Origin: a filamentous cyanobacterium CCT1
GTDB lineage: Bacteria > Cyanobacteriota > Cyanobacteriia > Phormidesmidales > Phormidesmidaceae
NCBI GenBank assembly: GCA_003017855.1
Contig: PYER01000155.1
Coordinates: forward strand, 1 to 14,899
Reading direction: 5' to 3'
DNA length: 14,899 nt
Each line of letters starts with the position of its first letter. Positions within the stretch are counted from its first letter, which is position 1. Below are positions 1 through 7,678 of the stretch, piece after piece. Below the pieces are notes generated by a model. It was not told the DNA's origin and searched no databases. It worked only from the letters and a program-made list of their open reading frames with translations. The translations under genes and the position numbers were made by a program.

Positions 1-317
1 GTGGATGGGTGGGCGGGTGGATGGGTGGATGAGGGGAAAGTTTCTCCTCCTGGAGACGCTACGCGAACAAAATTCAAAGTTCAAAATCCAATGCCATAGG
101 GTGCATTAGGCCGCAAAATCCCTTGGGGAGAGCCGTCAACCTGGACCTGGCCGTAATGCACCGTCTAATACCGAATCCGATTCCCAAACCCCCGATTCCC
201 AGAAGACCAAACCGTAGGGGCGCATGGCGTGCGCCTTGCCAAATCGGGGGGTAACCTAGCAGGATTTTGTATAAGGATTTCACCCTGCCAAAATCTAAAA
301 TCCAAAATCGCCCAGGT

Positions 318-2075
318 CTAGCTTTGAACAGCCGGAGACTTCGCCCAGCGATCGCCCTCGACCACCGTATGCACCTGCCAGTCGTCGCTGGTGTGGGGGT
401 AATCTTGGCGAAAGTGGCCGCCACGGCTTTCGGTGCGAAAGGCGGCGCTGTTGAGAATGAGCCAGGCAATGTCGTGCAGGTTGTTCAGTTCGCCCCAGGC
501 GCGCACTAGCGGCCAGTCCAAGGCTTCGGGGAGCGCATAGACAGCGCCTGTGGGCAAATTGTGCAGCGCCTGCAAAGGATGGCGCTGCCACTCGGTGCGC
601 CACTGGCTGAGGGTAGCGATCGCGGCCTCAAGCCCGCTCTGGCTGCGGCTGATGGCGGCGGCATCCCACATCAGCTGGGTCAGACGCTGGCGCTGCTTTT
701 CTACGCTGGCCCAGGCATCTTCCAGGGGCTCTGACCAGTCCAGGGATAACGCTTCCGACAGCTCTGGTGAATCTGGGGCGGCAGCTGGCTCCAGAGGCAG
801 GTGGGCTAGCTCAGCGCCGTAGACCAGGCACTCCAGCAGCGAATTGCTGGCCAGTCGGTTGGCTCCGTGCACCCCTGTGCTGGCGTTTTCGCCCACCGCA
901 TAGAGGCCTGGCACTGAGGTCTGGCTGTGGATGTCGGTGGTGATGCCCCCCATCCAGTAGTGGGCGGCGGGGGCAACGGGCACTGGTTCAGTCAGCGGGT
1001 CGCAGCCCCAGTGGCGGCAGACCTGCAAAATATTGGGAAAGCGGTACTGCACGCGATCGCGCGGAATTGGGCGCAGGTCGAGCCACACCTGGCGATCGCC
1101 CGTTTTTTGCAGGTGGTGAAAAATCGCTCGGCTAACCACGTCGCGGGGGGCCAGCTCGCCGTCGGGGTGGTAGTCAAAGGCAAAGCGGTAGCCGTCGTTG
1201 TCCACCAGGTGAGCCCCCTCGCCGCGCACCGCCTCGCTAATTAAAAACGGCGGGGCTCCCAGCTGGGCCAGGGAGGTGGGGTGAAACTGCACAAATTCCA
1301 AATCGCGCAGCTGCGCCCCGGCCCGCCAGGCCATCGCCACCCCATCGCCCGTGCTGGCGGCGGGGTTAGTGGTTTGGGCATAGACCTGGCCGCCGCCGCC
1401 CGTGGCCAGCACGGTGGCCTGGGCCGACAGCCAGCGCAGCTGCTGATTGTGAACTACCAGAGCGCCTCGACATCGACCTGCCTCAAGCCACAGGTCAAGG
1501 GCAAAGGCCTGCTCAAAGACGGTGATGTTAGGCTGCTGCAGCACTGCCTCCGCCAGAATGGATACGATCGCGCGGCCGGTAGTATCGGCGGCATGGAGCA
1601 CGCGACGGCGCGAGTGGGCCGCCTCCAGGGTCATGGCCAGCTGCCCGTCGCTGCGATCGAAGGCCACGCCTAAATCGACCAGGCGCTCAATACATTCAGA
1701 GGCATGGCTAGCCAGGTGCTCCACGGCTTTAGGGTCGCACAGCCCGGCCCCGGCCACCAGGGTATCGGCTACATGCAGCGACACCGCATCGTCAGCCCCA
1801 ATCGCCGCCGCAATGCCGCCCTGAGCCCAATCGCTAGCCGAAATTGACAGGGTATCTTTGGTCACCAGCCCAATTCGCCACTGGGGAGGAATCGACAGCG
1901 CGGCGTACAGTCCAGCGGCCCCTCCCCCAATCACCAATACGTCAAAGCGGTTGCTCTGGGCTGAGGCTAAATCAGGCTTGGTCAAGGGCGGCTCCCAACT
2001 AGGGTTGATGGTGCGTGAAAGGGTATGTAGAGACTTGACTAAAAGGGTAAATATTGAAAGGCCCCAGCCAGTCAT
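318..2075 (-). CDS. nadB: L-aspartate oxidase (NAD biosynthesis)
   Basis: 585-aa ORF. It has an N-terminal FAD dinucleotide-binding motif (FDVLVIGGGAAGLYAAL) and the fumarate reductase/succinate dehydrogenase/aspartate oxidase family motifs (HPTSL, GANRLASNSLLE, ESRGGHFRQDYP near the C-terminus). The true start may lie downstream of the annotated first start, because about 40 aa precede the FAD motif. Confidence 0.9.
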   Translation of the reverse strand: MTGWGLSIFTLLVKSLHTLSRTINPSWEPPLTKPDLASAQSNRFDVLVIGGGAAGLYAALSIPPQWRIGLVTKDTLSISASDWAQGGIAAAIGADDAVSLHVADTLVAGAGLCDPKAVEHLASHASECIERLVDLGVAFDRSDGQLAMTLEAAHSRRRVLHAADTTGRAIVSILAEAVLQQPNITVFEQAFALDLWLEAGRCRGALVVHNQQLRWLSAQATVLATGGGGQVYAQTTNPAASTGDGVAMAWRAGAQLRDLEFVQFHPTSLAQLGAPPFLISEAVRGEGAHLVDNDGYRFAFDYHPDGELAPRDVVSRAIFHHLQKTGDRQVWLDLRPIPRDRVQYRFPNILQVCRHWGCDPLTEPVPVAPAAHYWMGGITTDIHSQTSVPGLYAVGENASTGVHGANRLASNSLLECLVYGAELAHLPLEPAAAPDSPELSEALSLDWSEPLEDAWASVEKQRQRLTQLMWDAAAISRSQSGLEAAIATLSQWRTEWQRHPLQALHNLPTGAVYALPEALDWPLVRAWGELNNLHDIAWLILNSAAFRTESRGGHFRQDYPHTSDDWQVHTVVEGDRWAKSPAVQS

Positions 2076-2142
2076 CGTTAACCACTAGGGTCAACTTAAC
2101 CAGCCAGGGCCAGTGGGCGTGAGCAGACCTATGACCCGCTGC

Positions 2143-2574
2143 TTACTTATAAACGCCGTTGTTAAAGCGATCGCCACCTTCTGTAAAAGCGGAATCAGGC
2201 ACAGTAACCGTAAAGTTGTCGAGGTTTGCCTTCAGAATGTCGAGCTGCTGCTCGCTCAGCCCAGGCAAATCTAGAACATCTTCAACGCTCTCGTAAGGCG
2301 CGTTGAGCAGAATTTTACGAGCCAGGGTGGGGTACAGGCCCGGAAACTTTCTAAAGCCCTGCACGTTAGCGTTATTCAAGTCGAGTTTAGCGCCGTACTC
2401 AGTTTTTAGTTTGGCATCGACCGCATTTTGCGGCGAGGCTTCTGCCATCCAGGCCATGGCCTCAAGGGGGGCGCTAAAGAGGTCTGCCCCAGAGATAGGC
2501 TGCGCCACAGCCGGGCTACTTACCCAACCCAACAGCACTGCCAGCGCAACGAGTAGGCCAACCAGTTGTTTCAT
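2143..2574 (-). CDS. psbU: Photosystem II 12 kDa extrinsic protein PsbU (precursor with signal peptide)
   Basis: 143-aa ORF with a signal peptide ending AVAQ. The mature part carries the conserved PsbU blocks [35 protein letters not shown]...Q...L..NL..FTV and the C-terminal [19 protein letters not shown] Shine-Dalgarno-like element lies about 10 nt upstream on the minus strand. Confidence 0.9.
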   Translation of the reverse strand: MKQLVGLLVALAVLLGWVSSPAVAQPISGADLFSAPLEAMAWMAEASPQNAVDAKLKTEYGAKLDLNNANVQGFRKFPGLYPTLARKILLNAPYESVEDVLDLPGLSEQQLDILKANLDNFTVTVPDSAFTEGGDRFNNGVYK

Positions 2575-2744
2575 TTACCCTAATCCTCTCCTACCAGTGT
2601 GAATGTCTATACACAGCATTTCTAAGAGACTACCATTTTCCATGCCCCTGCAACGGGGAAAGAACGCCATTAGGCGATTCCGCAAAATTCCCCAATTTCA
2701 GAAGGCCCCAGTTTCAAAAAGCTTTTCAGGCGCTACTCCTGGCG

Positions 2745-3203
2745 CTATTCCTGGGGCAGACGCTCTAGTTCTTCGGCATAGTGCTGGCCGACGTCTTGGC
2801 CCTGCAGCAAAATCTGTTCGTACTGAATGGTGGCCCGAATGGCGATCGCGGTGCCCGCCGGGGGCGGGGCCTCGTCGCTCAGCACCCAAATCGCCCCCGA
2901 CTCATCCACCAGTTCGTAGAGCCCCTGGCCCACCAGGGGCAGCTGCTGCTCTACGGTACCCGCTAAATACACCGTCGACTGCTGGGTCTGGCTGACCTCA
3001 GCGATTGGGGTAATGGGGTCGAGCCAGGCCAGGCCAGGCCAGGTGCTGAGGCGATCGCGCAGTCCGTAGCCCACCGTCGCATCGAGGCTGGCCCCGCAGC
3101 TGGTCATGGCGACCAGAACCAGGCCAACTCCGCTTCCAACCATGCCGTAGCGGGTCACCCAGCGGGTAAAGCAGCGCTTTAAGTCAGTCATCGAACCTGT
3201 CAT
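2745..3203 (-). CDS. Hypothetical protein with an N-terminal membrane anchor
   Basis: 152-aa ORF in backbone-like G+C-rich codon usage. It has one hydrophobic segment (GMVGSGVGLVLVAMTS) followed by a soluble domain. I recognise no family motif. Confidence 0.55.
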   Translation of the reverse strand: MTGSMTDLKRCFTRWVTRYGMVGSGVGLVLVAMTSCGASLDATVGYGLRDRLSTWPGLAWLDPITPIAEVSQTQQSTVYLAGTVEQQLPLVGQGLYELVDESGAIWVLSDEAPPPAGTAIAIRATIQYEQILLQGQDVGQHYAEELERLPQE

Positions 3204-3403
3204 AGGAGTTGAGATTACAGCACATACCGGCGCGATGGCCCCTGAGCAAGGCCTCTAAGAAGCGCAACAGAGAGGCGCAACAGAGGAGCAAAATCTGAGA
3301 CACTGGAAAACGTCGGCATCCTCGGCTTTGTCAGACCTGGCTATGGGGCACCGATACCCCTTTATATTGAGATATCCGAGATACAGGTTAGCGCACCTCA
3401 GCC

Positions 3404-4264
3404 ATGACCCTTCTGCTCGACGGCAAGGCCCTCGCCGATCAAATTCAAACCCAGCTAGCCCAGGAGATTCATGCCCTGACTGAGCAGGGCTATCGTCCCC
3501 CAGGGCTGGCGGTGGTCATGGTAGGCGATAACCCCGCTAGTGCCGCCTACGTGCGCAACAAAGAGCGGGCCTGCAGTCGGGTCGGCATTGCCTCCTACGG
3601 CAAACACCTGCCCGCCACCGCCACCCAGGCCGAGGTGGCCGCGCTGCTACAGCAGCTCAACGCCGATCCCAACGTGGACGGCATTCTGGTGCAGCTGCCC
3701 CTGCCTGAGCACCTCGATGCCGTTGCCCTGCTCAATACCATTGACCCCGACAAAGACGCCGACGGGCTGCACCCCATCAATCTGGGCCGGCTGGTGCGCG
3801 GCGAACCGGGCCTGCGCAGCTGTACTCCCTACGGCGTCATGCGTCTGCTGGAGTCAGCCAACATCAACCTGGTGGGGGCAAATGCTCTGGTCGTGGGCCG
3901 CAGCATTCTGGTGGGCAAGCCCATGGCCCTGATGCTGGTTGAGGCCAACGCCACCGTTACCCTGGCCCATTCTCACACCGTCGATTTACCCGCGCTGATG
4001 CGGCAAGCTGATATTCTAGTGGCGGCGGTGGGTCGCCCTGGCATGATTACGGCTGCCGATGTCAAACCCGACAGCGTGGTCATCGATGTGGGCATCAATC
4101 GGGTCGAGCAGCCCGACGGCTCAGCCCGCCTGGTGGGCGATGTCGACTACGCCTCGGTACAGCCGGTGGCGGGAGCCATTACTCCAGTGCCCGGTGGCGT
4201 TGGCCCCATGACCGTGGCCATGCTGCTCGAAAACACCGTCACCAGCTACCGCAGCCGCCTCTAG
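3404..4264 (+). CDS. folD: Bifunctional 5,10-methylenetetrahydrofolate dehydrogenase / methenyltetrahydrofolate cyclohydrolase
   Basis: 286-aa ORF with typical FolD blocks: LDGKALA, VGDNPAS..YV.NK..A...[16 protein letters not shown](A)[65 protein letters not shown]. Confidence 0.93.
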   Translation: MTLLLDGKALADQIQTQLAQEIHALTEQGYRPPGLAVVMVGDNPASAAYVRNKERACSRVGIASYGKHLPATATQAEVAALLQQLNADPNVDGILVQLPLPEHLDAVALLNTIDPDKDADGLHPINLGRLVRGEPGLRSCTPYGVMRLLESANINLVGANALVVGRSILVGKPMALMLVEANATVTLAHSHTVDLPALMRQADILVAAVGRPGMITAADVKPDSVVIDVGINRVEQPDGSARLVGDVDYASVQPVAGAITPVPGGVGPMTVAMLLENTVTSYRSRL

Positions 4265-4374
4265 GCTCTAAATTAAGCGGTCAAAGCAGGCGGCCAATTA
4301 AAGCGAACAATCTCGTTCAAGCCTGCTCAGTCCAACTCTGTTATTCATCTATTCTCAACCTGCCTGTTGCCGCT

Positions 4375-5304
4375 ATGGTGCCAACCAACTCCCTCGATTC
4401 CAGACCGTCACCTGCTGGCCAGTTTGATCTGGAGGCCTACCTGGCAGAGCAGCGTCAGCGGGTAGAGCTCGCCCTTGACCAGGCCCTGGCCATGCGCTAC
4501 CCCGAAACGCTCTACGAGGCCATGCGCTACTCGCTGCTGGCGGGGGGCAAACGGCTGCGGCCCATTCTCTGTTTGGCCAGCTGCAAGCTGGTTGGCGGCA
4601 GCGTCGAGATGGCTATGCCTACCGCCTGCGCCCTGGAGATGATCCACACCATGTCGCTGATCCACGACGATCTGCCCGCCATGGACAACGACGACTATCG
4701 TCGGGGCCGCCTCACCAACCACAAGGTCTACGGCGAAGATGTGGCCATTTTGGCTGGGGATGGCCTGCTGTCCTATGCCTTTGAGCATGTGGCCACTCAA
4801 ACCCGAGGAGCCGCCCCAGAGCAGATACTGCGCGTGATTGCCGGGCTGGGCAAAGCGGTGGGCGGCGAAGGCCTGGTGGGGGGCCAAATCGTCGATTTGG
4901 CCAGCGAGGGCAATCCCGATGTCTCCTTAGAAACCCTCACCTATATCCACAACCACAAAACAGCAGCTCTGCTCGAAATCTCGGTCACCTCTGGAGCCAT
5001 GCTGGCCGGAGCCAGCGATGACGATGTCGATCGCCTGCGCCAGTACGCCCAGCGCATTGGTCTGGCCTTTCAGATTGTCGATGACATTCTCGACATCACC
5101 GCTACCTCCGAAACTCTAGGCAAGTCGGCGGGCAAAGACATCACCGCTCAGAAGGTCACTTACCCCAGCCTTTGGGGTCTGGACGAATCGCGCCGCCAGG
5201 CCAGCCAGCTGATCGCAGAGGCTAAAGAGAGTCTGGCCGGATTTGGCGACCTGCGCCTGCCCCTGCTGGCGATCGCAGATTATATTGTTGCGCGCACCTA
5301 CTAA
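4375..5304 (+). CDS. crtE: Geranylgeranyl diphosphate synthase (type I polyprenyl synthetase)
   Basis: 309-aa ORF with the first Asp-rich motif ([27 protein letters not shown]), the second Asp-rich motif (FQIVDDILD) and GK.AGKD. The crtE call, as opposed to another short-chain prenyl synthase, rests on cyanobacterial context and is not proven from sequence alone. Confidence 0.85.
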   Translation: MVPTNSLDSRPSPAGQFDLEAYLAEQRQRVELALDQALAMRYPETLYEAMRYSLLAGGKRLRPILCLASCKLVGGSVEMAMPTACALEMIHTMSLIHDDLPAMDNDDYRRGRLTNHKVYGEDVAILAGDGLLSYAFEHVATQTRGAAPEQILRVIAGLGKAVGGEGLVGGQIVDLASEGNPDVSLETLTYIHNHKTAALLEISVTSGAMLAGASDDDVDRLRQYAQRIGLAFQIVDDILDITATSETLGKSAGKDITAQKVTYPSLWGLDESRRQASQLIAEAKESLAGFGDLRLPLLAIADYIVARTY

Positions 5305-5324
5305 ATTCATGACACGCCCTAGGG

Positions 5325-5792
5325 TTGCCTGAGCCGATGGACAGTATTAGCGATATTCTCAACAACCACGTGCTGATTGTGGCTCTGATTGCCTGTTTTA
5401 CGGCTCAGGTGCTCAAGGCCTTTATCGAGCTGGTGCGCCACCGCAAGCTCAACCTGCGGGTAATGGTGGGCACCGGAGGCATGCCCAGCGCCCACTCGGC
5501 CCTGGTAACGGCGCTGGCCTGCGGTATTGGGCAAACCCTGGGCTGGTCAAGCCCGCTGTTTGCCGCTACCTCAGTCTTTTCAATTATTGTCATGTACGAC
5601 GCGGCGGGGGTGCGCCAGGCGGCGGGCAAGCAGGCCAAGGTGCTCAACCAAATTATCGACGAGCTGTTTCAGGAAAAGCCGGAGCTGCGCGAAGACCGCC
5701 TCAAAGAACTGCTGGGCCACACCCCGTTTCAGGTGATTGCCGGATCAATTTTGGGTGTGATGATCTCCTACCTGGCCGCTCCGGCCTACTAG
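5325..5792 (+). CDS. Divergent PAP2 family membrane protein (acid phosphatase/vanadium-dependent haloperoxidase-related, DUF212)
   Basis: 155-aa ORF with several hydrophobic segments and the family signature GGMPS.HSA.V.AL...G, VMYDA.GVR..AGKQA.VLNQI and LKE.LGHTP.QV..G..LG. Confidence 0.82.
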   Translation: MPEPMDSISDILNNHVLIVALIACFTAQVLKAFIELVRHRKLNLRVMVGTGGMPSAHSALVTALACGIGQTLGWSSPLFAATSVFSIIVMYDAAGVRQAAGKQAKVLNQIIDELFQEKPELREDRLKELLGHTPFQVIAGSILGVMISYLAAPAY

Positions 5793-5821
5793 AACGCCGA
5801 CTCAGTATTCGCTGTCCCTCG

Positions 5822-5842
5822 TTCCAATGCTCTGCATTGGAA
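5822..5842. other. Small perfect hairpin (9-bp stem TTCCAATGC / GCATTGGAA, loop TCT)
   Basis: Read directly from the sequence. A second small hairpin with the same TCT loop (GAGGC-TCT-GCCTC, about 5853-5865) follows. Both lie in the convergent intergenic region after the DUF212 gene. Confidence 0.6.
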
Positions 5843-5890
5843 TGCTCGTTGGAGGCTCTGCCTCTCAAACCAAGCGGCAAAGCCGCAAAC

Positions 5891-5923
5891 CCCTGGTGCC
5901 CTAGCTCCGCTAGGGCACCAGGG
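5891..5923. terminator. Strong hairpin between convergent genes, likely a bidirectional intrinsic terminator
   Basis: Perfect 14-bp stem CCCTGGTGCCCTAG (5891-5904) / CTAGGGCACCAGGG (5910-5923) with a 5-nt loop. It sits 22 nt beyond the stop of the minus-strand gene at 5945 and about 100 nt beyond the stop of the plus-strand gene at 5792. On the minus strand it is followed by GTTTGCGGCTTTG, which is moderately T-rich. Confidence 0.6.
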
Positions 5924-5944
5924 TGAACCGGAGCTTGTTAGCCC

Positions 5945-6754
5945 TCACCGAGCCGTGAGCGCTACCGCTGGGGTCAGCATCACTACATCCTGGCTATCGA
6001 CGATAAAGCCGGGAATATTCAGGCTGGTAAGTACCGATAGGGTAGAGGCTGCCCCCTCAACATCGGGGCTGTGGGCAATTAGCAGGTACGATCGCTGGCG
6101 GTGGACCGCTAGCCCTACGGCCTGGCCCACCTGGCGCTGAATGGCGATCGCCGCTTCTGGCTGATACTGATAGTCGACCAGCACCGCAAAGCCTGTGCCC
6201 AAGGGCTGAGGCGCGTAGGCCGTTGGTGCTGATGACGCAGTGGTCGTGCCATTAGCGGGGCTGCTGCTGGGGGCTGTGCCCGCAGCGGGAGGGGTAGCGC
6301 CATTGGCCGGGGTCTCGCTGGTCGGAGCTTCGCTGGCCGGGGTGCCGCTGGCGGGTGGCGCGGGCTGAGCAACGGTGGTAGCCGGTCGGGCGACAAAGGC
6401 CTGGAAGCCCTCGACCTCGGTCATGTACTGAGCCCAGGCGTTGGCATTCTCTAAGTTAGTGAAACCGCCTGCCCGCACGACCGTATCGTTGAGGTAGTCG
6501 CAGACCAAGACGGTGCTGTTGGAGGGGAGCAGGTCTTGCACGCGATCGCGCTCGGCCTCGGTGTTGCTGCGCACCAGCAGCAGGTACTCGTTGGCTGAGG
6601 GGGGCGGACAGGGCGGAAACTGAGCGCTGGCCGGGTTCCAGAACCCCAGCGCGGGGGCCAGCATCACACCCAGGGCCACGGCCCCCGACCTGAAGCCCTG
6701 TCGCTGTAAAAGCCGTACCCGCGTTCCCTTGCTCCGTTTCAAACCCTTTACCAT
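5945..6754 (-). CDS. Secreted hypothetical protein: two small globular modules joined by a Pro/Ala/Thr/Ser-rich linker
   Basis: 269-aa ORF with a basic N-terminus, a hydrophobic stretch and a likely signal peptide cleavage site (ASAQ). An approximately 70-aa low-complexity linker (PAPPASGTPASEAPTSETPANGATPPAAGTAPSSSPANGTTTASSAPTAYAP) separates two domains. The function is unknown. Confidence 0.65.
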   Translation of the reverse strand: MVKGLKRSKGTRVRLLQRQGFRSGAVALGVMLAPALGFWNPASAQFPPCPPPSANEYLLLVRSNTEAERDRVQDLLPSNSTVLVCDYLNDTVVRAGGFTNLENANAWAQYMTEVEGFQAFVARPATTVAQPAPPASGTPASEAPTSETPANGATPPAAGTAPSSSPANGTTTASSAPTAYAPQPLGTGFAVLVDYQYQPEAAIAIQRQVGQAVGLAVHRQRSYLLIAHSPDVEGAASTLSVLTSLNIPGFIVDSQDVVMLTPAVALTAR

Positions 6755-7103
6755 TGGTTTCTTTACTGCACTGCCAAAGTCTGCCAGCGATTCTAGCCTA
6801 AAGCAGCGATCGCTGAGCAGAGAATTCAGGTTTTGATTGTAATTTCATCGGCTGCGTCATCCATAACCAGGGTTCGCCCAATCGACCATCCAGACGAGGC
6901 CCGAGATTGGGCCAGGGTCAGAAGGGCTTTCCAAGCCCTATGGAGTCTAAGCCCCGCACCATTGATAACTGGGGTATTGAGCTGCTCACCCGCGACCTGG
7001 TGCCGCGCCACAGCCTAGATCCTTTTTCCGGAACCTCTTCAAATGACGGTGTTAGACTCAGTAGGAGATTTCTGTACTGCCTCTGCTATCTGGAGTTTTC
7101 GTA

Positions 7104-7607
7104 ATGGCCTTTGACCGTCTTGCGGATGTTCAAGCTAACCTAACAACACTTTATGAACAGCTGGCAGGTAAGGAACAGGCTTTTCTCCTAGCGGAAGAAG
7201 CAGAAAAGGTTCGGATTCAGCAACAGATTCGCTTAACTTGGCAACGGATACATAAGTTTGAGCACGAATATGCTACCACGTTAGGCCAGCAAGTTAAGCG
7301 GCAGGCTTTACAAGAGTCTCAAGCAGAGATCATCATAGCAGAACTAGTAGATGAGATTGAAATTTTAACCCCGCTACAGAAGAATGATGATGTCAAAGTG
7401 TTGCTGCAGCAAATCTTGCAGGAGCTACAGAAGCCAGAGTTGCCAGCTTCGGCCAAGCTGAAAGTAGCGATTCCGATTATTCCTCAGGTCGTGAGCTACG
7501 AGATAGAGGGTGACACGGAAGGTGTTTTACGGCAACTATTTCCAACCTTCGTAAAGGTGTACGACAATCTGAAACTACTTACTTCACCAGATGAGGGAAA
7601 AAAGTAG
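7104..7607 (+). CDS. All-helical / coiled-coil-like small protein; candidate N-terminal module or partner of the downstream NB-ARC NTPase
   Basis: 167-aa ORF with an ATG start and GGAG 8 nt upstream (7092-7095). It is AT-rich like the downstream gene. Heptad-like charged/hydrophobic patterning extends over about 110 aa (LTTLYEQLAGKEQAFLLAEEAEKVRIQQQIRLTWQRIHKFEHEY...). A more hydrophobic segment follows (KLKVAIPIIPQVVSYEIEG...LFPTFVKVY). The ORF ends at the A_AAA_AAG TAG site. Confidence 0.7.
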   Translation: MAFDRLADVQANLTTLYEQLAGKEQAFLLAEEAEKVRIQQQIRLTWQRIHKFEHEYATTLGQQVKRQALQESQAEIIIAELVDEIEILTPLQKNDDVKVLLQQILQELQKPELPASAKLKVAIPIIPQVVSYEIEGDTEGVLRQLFPTFVKVYDNLKLLTSPDEGKK

Positions 7608-7660
7608 TCGCCCTTGATACTGACCTTACCGGGTCAAGGGCAGTTGCAAAACAGGTAGGG
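7598..7660 (+). promoter_or_regulatory. Candidate -1 programmed ribosomal frameshift cassette (slippery heptamer, spacer and stem-loop with possible pseudoknot)
   Basis: Zero-frame codons are GGA AAA AAG TAG, so A7598 AAA AAG7604 is an X_XXY_YYZ heptamer identical to the dnaX/IS911-type A_AAA_AAG. The -1 frame has TGA at 7592-7594 and is then open through 7679 to 11428. A 5-nt spacer is followed by an 8-bp stem GCCCTTGA (7610-7617) / TCAAGGGC (7634-7641). Loop bases CCTTACC (7624-7630) can pair with GGTAGGG (7654-7660). Confidence 0.45.
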
Positions 7661-7678
7661 GCAAGTAACCGTTCACCT

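Noticed and set aside
74-2088. Many ORFs of 60-130 aa overlapping nadB in other frames or on the opposite strand (74-469, 267-509, 295-603, 550-822, 927-1244, 992-1183, 1281-1673, 1522-1824, 1858-2088).
   Set aside because: They lie inside or antisense to a confidently identified 585-aa nadB. Their products are Arg/Pro/Ala/Gly-rich, as expected from stop-poor alternative frames of G+C-rich DNA. None carries a recognisable motif.
3262-3286. A tandem 13-nt direct repeat GCGCAACAGAG(A/G)G in the divergent promoter region upstream of folD.
   Set aside because: There are only two short copies, with no obvious symmetry or relation to -35/-10 elements that I can define. It is too weak to call a regulatory site.
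2303-6396. Alternative-frame ORFs overlapping psbU, the 152-aa gene, folD, crtE, the DUF212 gene and the secreted protein (for example 2303-2602, 2603-2995, 3540-3932, 4408-4887, 5319-5647, 6115-6396).
   Set aside because: Each overlaps a better-supported gene. The translations are low-complexity (Pro/Arg/Ala/Cys/Trp-rich) and typical of off-frame reading in high-GC sequence.
6826-7104. Small ORFs 6826-7011 (-), 6833-7018 (+) and 6907-7104 (+) in the intergenic region left of the island.
   Set aside because: They are mutually overlapping 61-65-aa ORFs with no ribosome-binding site or motif. They occupy the region that must hold the divergent promoters, so they are most likely non-coding.
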